Assembly (NCBI RefSeq): GCF_000283555.1
Contig: NC_016012.1
Location: forward strand, 1 to 32,000
Direction: 5' to 3'
From: Candidatus Arthromitus sp. SFB-rat-Yit
Lineage (GTDB): Bacteria; Bacillota; Clostridia; Clostridiales; Clostridiaceae
DNA: 32,000 nt
Every line of letters starts with the position of its first letter. Positions within the stretch are counted from its first letter, which is position 1. Under the pieces are notes generated by a model. The model was not told where the DNA came from. It saw only the letters and a list, made by a program, of their open reading frames with translations, and did not search any database. Of this stretch, positions 23,750-31,594 are shown one piece after another. Made by a program: the position numbers and the translations under genes.

Positions 23750-23936
23750 TGGACACTGGAATGTCAAGTACATGGTTATTTGCCGATAGAAAACAGAAAA
23801 TATCGTATTATTTTGCCGTTAATGAAATCTCCTGACCATTGCTTATAATTTTTCTGCGGCAAGGTTTATTTCAAGTCCGGGAAATGATATTATCGGCTCA
23901 TCTCGAAGTTCTAACTTTTCCAAATCAGGGTGGCGT
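23750..23936 (-). pseudogene. OmpR/PhoB-type response regulator C-terminal winged-helix remnant
   Basis: Minus-strand conceptual translation across one frameshift: RHPDLEKLELRDEPIISFPGLEINLAAEK / KIISNGQEISLTAK*YDIFCFLSAN. In-frame TAA at 23808-23810 where LTAKEYD would be expected. Confidence 0.6.
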
Positions 23937-24058
23937 GACCAAAAAAGATAAAATATCTTCAAATGCCGAACTGTCACGCTCTGTTAACTTTAATATAATG
24001 ATTCGTCTGATAGTACCACCTCCTTGATGATTACCATTTTTAGAATCTAATCCTATGC

Positions 24059-24975
24059 TTATTCCTCGATATTGATTTGCTGATCCTAATAGAGTTTGTT
24101 ACTCATAATTTCAGGACTTTCCCCAATAAAGGCTTTTGCTGCTTCTTCATCGCCCTGAAGCTGCCACATAAACCATGCGGTCAAGCCACCCGCTTATACA
24201 TCATATCACCATGTGTCATGCCAACTCTTCTAGCCATAACTTTGGGTGAAGTAATTTTATTGTACATCTTATTAATTTCAGCTATTGGGATAACAATTTT
24301 GGTTTCAAAATCACCGCTGGTTCCGGCAAGCATTAGAATAGGACAATTTGTCTTCGCGGAATCGTAGGGATAGTCTGTTGTATGTTCAGCGGTTTTTTCG
24401 CTTATAGGAGAAAGCAGCATAGCAGTTTTGAATGACTTTCTTCAAACATAGTAATCGCACGCAGAGTTGCAGCAACGCCCTGAGAAAATCCTGTAATGCA
24501 TATATTCTCTACATCAATTTTGTCGTAGAAAATACTGTCCTTGTTTTCATTTTCTCCGAGAATATAGTTCAGCGTTTTGATTGTCGTTTCGCCCTTGTCT
24601 GTCCCTTTGTCCTGCGTTCCTACAACAATAAATCACCAAGAAGCTAATTGGCTCAAATTCAGGATCATACTTTGTTGCTTTGAATCCTGTACCGTTTATC
24701 ACAAGTATAATCGGATATTAGTTATCGGTTGTTTCAAGCTCACTCGGATAATAAATTGTGTATTTTTTGATTGGATCTTCTGCTTTCACAGTTTCCTTCG
24801 AGGTTTCATATGTACCGTTTTGTAGATACTTTTTTTCTATTTCCTTGCCTGTTTCTATTTTCTCATTATAGCATTTATGTATAATCGGGGCATTATCCGC
24901 CCAAAGATATCAAACTACAATGAGCGCAATCAAAACTAATATAATGATAAAGATCACTTTTAGAATTTTGGGTAA
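24059..24975 (-). pseudogene. Membrane-anchored alpha/beta hydrolase, multiply disrupted
   Basis: Minus strand reads KILKVIFIIILVLIALIVV*YLWADN...YTIYYPSELETTDN*YPIILVINGTGFKATKYDPEFEPIS / DKGTDKGETTIKTLNYILGENENKDSIFYDKIDVENICITGFSQGVAATLRAIT / MLLSPISEKTAEHTTDYP...MTHGDMMYK / GGLTAWFMWQLQGDEEAAKAFIGESPEIMSNKLY*. Two or more nonsense codons and about three frameshifts. Confidence 0.8.
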
Positions 24976-25006
24976 TGTTTTTATTGTTTACTTTTTTCTG
25001 AATTTG

Positions 25007-26140
25007 TCAGTATTGTTTATTAACCAAATCAAGACCGTAGTCCACCAGTTTGCCGTTTATTGCGTCGTTAAGCCATCCGGCGATAGACTGTTTTTGTTCC
25101 TCAAACGGCAGCCATACGGCAGGAGTTGCGATAATGGTATGTGCTGTCATATTTCTCGGATCGTCATACCATGCAACGCCATCCCAAATGAACAGGCTTA
25201 CACCGATTTCCTTAAATTGTGGAATGATGTCTTTTAGTATATGCTGATAAATGTCCGCTTCTTTTTCCGATACATCCATTACACCCGTGTCGAGATAATT
25301 CTGCACCTTTGCCAAATCGCCATCTCTAGTGGAGCTATCGAATAGAATATGGATACCATCACCGTATTTTTCATGCAGGGCAGTAAGACAGTCCAGCGTG
25401 AGATTATTGCCTGTCAGCTTATCCGAGATTTCTTTCGGAGTTTTCCAAACATCGGTTGCGACAGTGTGCCAATCGTCATATAGCAAGAGGGATGCATCTA
25501 CTAAAACATTTTTGCTTACCGAATTCGGAAAGTAGTTTGTAAAAATATCGTCAGAAAGAAGCGCCGCTCCAAATCCTCCGGCACTATATCCAGTAACAAC
25601 GACTGTATCGGGATTATCAATACCAGCAAGCTCCGTTATTTTCTTCATTGATTCTGTATAATTTACATAACCGTTGTGGTAAAGAATCTTCTCTTTGCCG
25701 TTTTTATCAGTATAATGAAATTCGCCTGTTCCAGCATGGAAATCCCCCGTTGCATAGGGAAATAGGATAATGCTCCAGTTTTCAAACGGACTGTTCTCCA
25801 CATCAGAAGCAAGACCGCCCATGTTCATTGTGACATTTGCCAGTATATCCGGCCATACCATTTTTGTGTTGTAATTGTCATTTTTAGCTGTTTCCTCGTT
25901 AATGCTGACACCGCCTCCGGCAAAATAGATCATTACTTTATTCTCGCTACCTTTTTTGAAAAGGGCGTGATAGCCGTTTCCTTCGGAATCCTTCATCTCA
26001 TTGGTTTCAACACGATACCATTTTCCCTCGGCAGGGTTTTTCTTCAAATTCGGGTATCGCAGTACGAGGAAATACACGAGCAATACGATGGCAATAAGAA
26101 CCAATAAAATGATTCTAATTATTTTTAATGCTTTTTTCAT
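25007..26140 (-). CDS. Pectinacetylesterase-like, N-terminally anchored serine hydrolase
   Basis: N-terminal TM IIRIILLVLIAIVLLVYFLVL, MIYFAGGG, NWSIILFPYATGDFHAG, nucleophile elbow VVVTGYSAGGFGAALL. Open reading frame intact. Confidence 0.85.
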   Translation of the reverse strand: MKKALKIIRIILLVLIAIVLLVYFLVLRYPNLKKNPAEGKWYRVETNEMKDSEGNGYHALFKKGSENKVMIYFAGGGVSINEETAKNDNYNTKMVWPDILANVTMNMGGLASDVENSPFENWSIILFPYATGDFHAGTGEFHYTDKNGKEKILYHNGYVNYTESMKKITELAGIDNPDTVVVTGYSAGGFGAALLSDDIFTNYFPNSVSKNVLVDASLLLYDDWHTVATDVWKTPKEISDKLTGNNLTLDCLTALHEKYGDGIHILFDSSTRDGDLAKVQNYLDTGVMDVSEKEADIYQHILKDIIPQFKEIGVSLFIWDGVAWYDDPRNMTAHTIIATPAVWLPFEEQKQSIAGWLNDAINGKLVDYGLDLVNKQY

Positions 26141-26151
26141 AACTTTTTCTC

Positions 26152-27138
26152 CTATTTTACAGGCATATACTTGTCGAGGTATTCTTCAACTGTCTTCATA
26201 TATTCTTTCATAACGTCATTGTCATTTTGAACACCGTGTCTCGAATGAGTTGCTTCAAAGAGCTTGTAATCAACACCGTTATCTTTAAGTGCTTTCACCA
26301 AATGACGCACGCCTTTCCACGGCTGCACCCTGTCATGCGTACCGTAGAGCAGGAGACTTGGACAGGAATTTTCATTAACAAAACGGAAAGCAGAAATTGA
26401 TTTTATCAGTTCCTGATAAGAACCGTCTTTTATCATGTCGGGAGTGAGTTCCACTCCACCCATGACGCTGAATAAACCCGATGCTGCTCTTCTTGAATCG
26501 TCCATATCCTGATCAAGTCCGTATATTCCCCAATCCTCTGCATAGAAGCTGGATGGACCAACCATTTCAAACATCAGCTTGACGGGAACGGGAGACTGTG
26601 TAGCGTCTCTGTATGCGTAAAGCATAGCAAGACAGCCTCCGGAAGAACCACTGGATATTGTCATTTCCGTAATGTTATAGCCAAGCTTCTTTGCTTCTTC
26701 AATGACAACAGGCATAGCTGCTTTGATTTCACTCGACTGTGTAAGAATGCTTTTATTGTTTTCGTCGGTACGGAGCGTGTAATTTATGCCGCAGGTTACA
26801 TAGTCCTTACTGCACAGCCACGCAAGCATTTCCTTATCATCGGCTTTATCTCCTGTTGTAAATCAGCCTGCGTGAAGATAGACAACCAAGCCGTAGCTTT
26901 CTTTTGTGTTATCCTTTGGAAGATAAAGGTCAAATTTATTTGCTCCACCGTTGCCATAGGAAATATCGGTTTTCAGTATTCCAAGCTCGTCGCTCCATTG
27001 AACGCTGTAATTTTTTGCCCATGACGGTTTAATCGCAACTTTTGATATCATGCCGCCCACAAAAGCCAAAATAAATACCAAAATTCCGATTCCAATTGGC
27101 ACGGCTCTCACCTTCTTTTCTTTCTTTATTTTGTTCAT
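26152..27138 (-). pseudogene. Membrane-anchored alpha/beta hydrolase (BD-FAE/HSL-like) interrupted by a single in-frame TGA
   Basis: One frame: MNKIKKEKKVRAVPIGIGILVFILAFVGG...SYGLVVYLHAG*FTTGDKADDKEMLAWLCSKDYVTCGINY...TISSGSSGGCLAMLYAY...YGTHDRVQPWKG...HSRHGVQNDND. The only stop is TGA at 26863-26865, replacing the second Gly of the HxGG oxyanion motif. Confidence 0.88.
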
Positions 27139-27269
27139 AAGAAATTACCTCCGAACATCGTTCCGCCGAGTAAAAGGTTCATAACGACTCTGACTGCAAG
27201 TCTGTCGAGAACAAACGCTACAACGGCAATAAATATTAGAATAATCCATTTTTTCTGGGTTAGTTTCAT
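27135..27269 (-). CDS. 44-aa single-pass membrane peptide, absent from the supplied ORF track
   Basis: MKLTQKKWIILIFIAVVAFVLDRLAVRVVMNLLLGGTMFGGNFL*. AAGGAA RBS upstream. Its TGA overlaps the downstream hydrolase ATG (ATGA). Confidence 0.65.
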   Translation of the reverse strand: MKLTQKKWIILIFIAVVAFVLDRLAVRVVMNLLLGGTMFGGNFL

Positions 27270-27321
27270 TTCTGTAAATTCCTTTCTGCCATTACATATT
27301 GATTTTTTGTTTACAGCGTGC

Positions 27322-27366
27322 TATCATAATGATGATACACTTGTTTTGGTGATGTTATTGTATCAT
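27322..27366. promoter_or_regulatory. Candidate TetR-family operator region between the divergent regulator and hydrolase operon
   Basis: Half-sites TATCAT (27322-27327), ATGATACA (27332-27339) and TGTATCAT (27359-27366). The last two form a perfect 8-bp inverted repeat. Confidence 0.45.
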
Positions 27367-27399
27367 CGGATTTTATTAACGTCAATGGGAGGTGATAAA

Positions 27400-27933
27400 A
27401 TGAGACAAACTCCAAAAAATGTATCACCGTTCAGCAATCAAGCGAGAAACGCTTATGTTATAGAGCATATTACGGACTCACTATTGAAGTTATTGCGGGA
27501 CAAGCATATAGGTGATATATCCATTAGCGAACTATGCGACCTTGCCGGTATCGGTAGAGCTTCGTTTTATCGGAATTTTGAAAGCAAAGAGGACATTTTG
27601 CGGGGATATATCAATAAAATATTCAAAGAATGGATGAACGAAGCAGATGGAAAAGAAAACAGACCGTTAAGCGAATTGCTCGGCTTACTGTTTGTACATT
27701 TTGAAAAACATAGAAATTTTTACAGTTTATTAAATGAAAGAAATCTTGTGCACCTTTTGAAAGATGTTATTATCGGATTATGCGGACCGAAACCCGAACA
27801 TTCAAAGGTGGAAGCATACGCAAAGGCATATGTAGCATATACGTTGTACGGATGGATTGAAGTGTGGTTTCAAAGGGGAATGCATGAATCAGCGGAAGAA
27901 ATCATAGAAATGTTTAAGGGTCAGGGATTATAA
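27400..27933 (+). CDS. TetR/AcrR-family transcriptional regulator
   Basis: ISISELCDLAGIGRASFYRNFESKEDIL is a classic TetR HTH. Better start is ATG 27400 after GGGAGGTG rather than 27307. Confidence 0.88.
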   Translation: MRQTPKNVSPFSNQARNAYVIEHITDSLLKLLRDKHIGDISISELCDLAGIGRASFYRNFESKEDILRGYINKIFKEWMNEADGKENRPLSELLGLLFVHFEKHRNFYSLLNERNLVHLLKDVIIGLCGPKPEHSKVEAYAKAYVAYTLYGWIEVWFQRGMHESAEEIIEMFKGQGL

Positions 27934-28423
27934 TGTAAATGTACTTTACGAAAACTATTATTGAATACCTTTTGATTTTTCCTCAAGTGTGTTCAGGTCT
28001 TCAAAAGTAGAGGGTTCAAATCTATATGGGGAGGGTTTGCGCACCTTTCCACTTTCCAGGAACTACAGATTTACAAATTTGGTATTTTTTGTATGAAAGC
28101 TGAATAGTAGCTTACCTGTGCCGTGAGGGAATGGTGCAGTTGCTCGGTCTCCATTGAAACGCGGGCAGAGGCAGCGACCTTTTTTTGCTGGTAGTTGCAG
28201 GATTTATGATTCGATTTTCCTTATTTTTCCCATAAAATCATATCCTTTTCGCTATAATATATCATTCTAAAATAGACACATAGTAAGTCTTACGGGAATA
28301 ATAATGTTGAGAATTTCGTCTCGTATTTTGCCCGCAGTTTTGTATCAATCTACTCAGTTATGGGTTATTTTTCACAGAGGTTTTTCGCTATCGTGATGGC
28401 GATGGGATACTTCTTTTTTTGCT

Positions 28424-28850
28424 TCAAATTAATGTTTGCTCATTGCTATCACCGTCTTTGAACCTATCTGAAATATAGCAGGTATGGCAGTAGTATTTTC
28501 GGTGGATGTTGCCGTATGCTGAGAACAGCTTTTCGTATTCGATGCAGGTGCATGAGTAGATAGCTTTGCGAGTGATTTTTTCCGGGAACGCGTTCCACCA
28601 CTTGTAGCGACACTCATTGGAGTAGAATTTTTTTTCTTTCCTGACGTACACCTGCGTTATTGCTTTCCCATATTCTAGGCAGAATGAGGGGGAGAGGATA
28701 GGAATATCGGTGTGCTTCCCAATGCTGCTCTCGATATGTTGTTCCGTTTGCAGTAAGACTTGACCGTGTTCTTTGACAGGTCGAGTGTCTGTTTGATCTT
28801 GGTATATCTGAAGTTTTGTGAGCGTAAAGCCGTGATTTCGGGTTTTTGCT
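28424..28850 (-). pseudogene. Sigma-70-region-4-like HTH plus Zn-binding ORF of the kind found in Clostridia mobile elements, decayed
   Basis: Minus-strand segments LRSQNFRYTKIKQTLDLSKNTVKSYCKRNNI, then YGKAITQVYVRKEKKFYSNECRYKWWNAFPEKITRKAIYSCTCIEYEKLFSAYGNIHRKYYCHTCYISDRFKDGDSNEQTL, in different frames. Confidence 0.55.
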
Positions 28851-28939
28851 AAATGTCCATAAGAGTAAACTTCACTTCATGTCTTCTGTCAGAGGGAAAA
28901 GGCGGTTTTCATACCCCTTACGTTGAAAAGTGTACGAAA

Positions 28940-29200
28940 CTGCCGAAAGATTAGTCTTTCATATGGAAATCGTAGATATAGCTGTCCGTTCAGAAATTGA
29001 GTCCCGGTGTTCAGTCGGGAACCTATCTATTTGTTCATACAGAATGTTAAGTGATATCTTTGGATCAGCCTCGATTATAAGCTCGTCATGTATGTGCATG
29101 ACGATGGAGCAGCATCGCAGCGTATTTATGTAATTGAAGAGTATGTTCGCGGGAAATAGCCTGGACGATGTTCTCCATGAACTTGGGAGTGTAGGATTCG
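28940..29200 (-). pseudogene. C-terminal fossil of a phage/ICE-type family A DNA polymerase
   Basis: Minus strand: YTPKFMENIVQAISRE / LRCCSIVMHIHDELIIEADPKISLNILYEQIDR / VPD*TPGLNF*TDSYIYDFHMKD. This is a MHIHDE motif-C-like core spread over three frames. Confidence 0.6.
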
Positions 29201-29381
29201 ATTATGTGAGCTTGTCGTCCGAAACGATTATGCAGTCGAAAGTGCTGAACGAAATGGGAACATAGATAGTAAAGTTAAACCTTGTTTTAATGAATACCTG
29301 TGCGTCAGAGTAGGTTTGTTGTTCCTGTGTCATCTGCTCCAGGACGTAATCTTTGTAGGAGTCTGTTAGTTCCTCGCTCTC

Positions 29382-29708
29382 TCATAAAAACGGTAGTTCT
29401 TTAGCAAAGCCCCTTATGAACACCATTTTGTCAAGATCGCTTCTTATTGATTTCGACTTTTTAATGGCAAGCATGGATTCCGTCGCATCAAGGCAAACCA
29501 CTATACGTATGTACGGTGCAAAACTGCGGGAGATGGCACAGGTGCCTGCCACAACTTCCAGCATGGTCATATCTTTGTCAGAGGAATAGTATGAACGATC
29601 ATTTTAAGATAATTCTCATTTTGTAAAGTTGACGACCTTGATATCAAACCCTTCTGCTTGTGTTTCAAATGATTTGTTTATTATCTCAAGATTCTCAGGT
29701 TTCTTCAT
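29382..29708 (-). pseudogene. Truncated class I SAM-dependent methyltransferase
   Basis: MKKPENLEIINKSFETQAEGFDIKVVNFTK*ELS*NDR...DMTMLEVVAGTCAISRSFAPYIRIVVCLDATESMLAIKKSKSIRSDLDKMVFIRGFAKELPFL*. The motif I Gly-rich region is present and the C-terminal half is missing. Confidence 0.75.
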
Positions 29709-30238
29709 AATGCCGTATCTTTCTTCGGAATAAAGAAATTCGTTATATTGACTTTTTCCATTGTAAGGAGTCGCATTTTCTTATCGATTCCTCCAGCGTA
29801 CCCCGTAAGTCTGCCGTTTGTGCTAACCACTCTATGGTAGGGGATAATCAGTAAGATGGAATTGTGACTAACCGCACTACCAACCGCCTGTGCGGACATA
29901 CGGGAGAGTCCTTTTTGTTTCGCTATTTTCTCTGCAATCTCTCCATAGGTGATTGTTTTGCCGAATGGTATTGTCAGAATGATCTCCCATACTGCTTTCC
30001 TAAATTCTGTAGTTTTCATGCGAAGTGGTGGCGTAAAATCAGTAGTATTTCCGGGAAAATAGATATCCAGCCATTTATTTGTTTCCCTAAAAATGGGCAG
30101 GAGTTTTTCATTGTGATCTTTCCTAAGCGTATTGGCAAAATACTTCTGCTCGTCAAACCATAGCCCGATTAGTGCATTGCCGTCGCTTGCAAGTGTAATA
30201 CTGCCAAGCGGCGAATTATGGTGATGTGTATATTCTAG
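29705..30238 (-). pseudogene. ogt: Methylated-DNA-[protein]-cysteine S-methyltransferase (Ogt/MGMT) homolog with catalytic Cys replaced by Tyr
   Basis: Full minus-strand frame EYTHHHNSPLGSITLASDGNALIGLWFDEQKYF...FRKAVWEIILTIPFGKTITYGEIA...MSAQAVGSAVSHNSILLIIPYHRVVSTNGRLTGYAGGIDKK. Canonical PCHRV reads PYHRV. No good start codon. Confidence 0.82.
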
Positions 30239-30589
30239 GTCATTCCTTCAGTATTCATTGGAATCAGCGTAAGTCTTGGATATGTCTGTATCCGTTTATA
30301 TACGGATAGTAGAGCATACGGTGATCCAATAGCTTTTGAACAGATTTTTTCGTTTTTCTTTTTGGATCATGTGATGCTCCACGACATTGCGTCATATGGG
30401 AATTGCCTACTCGTCTGTATAGACGAGTAGGCAGCAGTTTTCCTTCCTCATTTAGCCGTGAATCGTTTCGTACAAATAAAGTCCTCAAATACGGCAAGTA
30501 GAGGTTTTAAACTGCGGCCAAGTCAAGATACCTTTTCATACCTTACCTTTGTTGGTTTTATCCCAAGCAGCACAATCATTCCGCTCATT

Positions 30590-30805
30590 ATTCGTGTTCT
30601 TCTTTCCATTTTTCAGTCTTGTATCGTTTGTAAGGTCGGTATCCATCACGCAGCGCATCATCCAAATTGTCGTAAAATTATATGTTCTTATGCAGTGGTT
30701 TCGTATGGAAGCTTGGCAGATACACTATCCCTGTGGTACGAAGGTCTACATAGAATAGCCCGTTACAGTATGTATCTCTTTCCTGTATAGCCTTGATTTT
30801 TTCAT
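30590..30805 (-). pseudogene. Ada N-terminal (metal-binding, phosphotriester-repair) domain remnant
   Basis: Minus strand NGLFYVDLRTTGIVYLPSFHTKPLHKNI*FYDNLDDALRDGYRPYKRYKTEKWKEE. This aligns with the FCRPSC...PCKRC Ada template, but all four zinc-ligand Cys are replaced. Confidence 0.75.
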
Positions 30806-31506
30806 TTCGTGTTATTTTTTACTCCTTTTGTTAATTTCTTTGTGGGAGCAGGATCGGTAAATCCTGGAACAGTACCGCCTGCAACGGCCCAAAAGTATAG
30901 ACTTGCTACGCTACCATAAGGAGAGAGGCGTTTCCTGTATTTTTCAAACTGCTTCCTGTCAATCTCACGATGCTGATAAACCATTCTCATACCACGCAGA
31001 ATCGCTAAATCACCGAAGCTTAGGATATTTGGTCTTTGCAGACAGAATATTAGAATCATCTCCGCTGTCCATACTCCTATGCCTTTTAAATTCACAAGTG
31101 CATCTATTGCTTCTGTATCAGACATCTTTTTTACGGCAGCTAGGTCAAATTTGCCTATAGTAACTTTTTCGGAAAAGTCCTTGATATACTCCGCCTTGCG
31201 GAAAGTCATTCCCAGAGATTGTAGTTCTGCTATATTTGCACTGTTGATTGTTTCCGGCGTTACTTTGCCAAGATAATCATTCATTCGCTGCCATATAGTC
31301 CGATGTGCCTTTGTGGAAATCTGCTGCCCTATAATGTGATGTACGACAGAGGAGAACAGATCGGAATCTACCTCCCGGTCAATATGCCCCACATGATCGA
31401 TGACCCATGCGAGTTTCTTATCCTTAGATTTAAGATATTCTACAGCTTCATCGCCATACTCAAAATACATCTTTTCACCGCTCACCGCCTTTATAAATCG
31501 CCTCAT
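30802..31506 (-). CDS. alkA: DNA-3-methyladenine glycosylase II family (AlkA-like)
   Basis: VVHHIIGQQISTKAHRTIWQRM, HhH-GPD motif LVNLKGIGVWTAEMILIFCLQRPNILSFGDLAILRGMRMVY. Open reading frame intact. Confidence 0.88.
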   Translation of the reverse strand: MRRFIKAVSGEKMYFEYGDEAVEYLKSKDKKLAWVIDHVGHIDREVDSDLFSSVVHHIIGQQISTKAHRTIWQRMNDYLGKVTPETINSANIAELQSLGMTFRKAEYIKDFSEKVTIGKFDLAAVKKMSDTEAIDALVNLKGIGVWTAEMILIFCLQRPNILSFGDLAILRGMRMVYQHREIDRKQFEKYRKRLSPYGSVASLYFWAVAGGTVPGFTDPAPTKKLTKGVKNNTK

Positions 31507-31594
31507 CTATACTATAATTATATCGCGAAACACTGGTATTTTCTATTAGAATGCTGTAGAATTTTAACAATATATTTCAAACACTAACATTCAG

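Noticed and set aside
26863-26865. UGA recoded as glycine (or selenocysteine) in the hydrolase
   Set aside because: Other genes in the window appear to terminate at TGA, and adjacent genes are clearly decaying. I saw no supporting SECIS-like structure, so a nonsense mutation or error is simpler.
27934-28423. Possible further ICE gene remnants on the minus strand (for example GKVRKPSPYRFEPSTFEDLNTLEEKSKGIQ and KITHN*VD*YKTAGKIRDEILN)
   Set aside because: They look protein-like and may belong to the same mobile-element fossil, but I cannot assign a family. Frameshift-aware BLASTX would be needed.
23839-31276. Numerous plus-strand ORFs of 60-110 aa (for example 24077-24367, 24920-25237, 25050-25247, 28930-29133, 29864-30163, 30903-31160, 31079-31276)
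   Set aside because: They are antisense shadows of intact or decayed minus-strand genes (hydrolases, polymerase fossil, ogt, alkA), and their translations have no family character.
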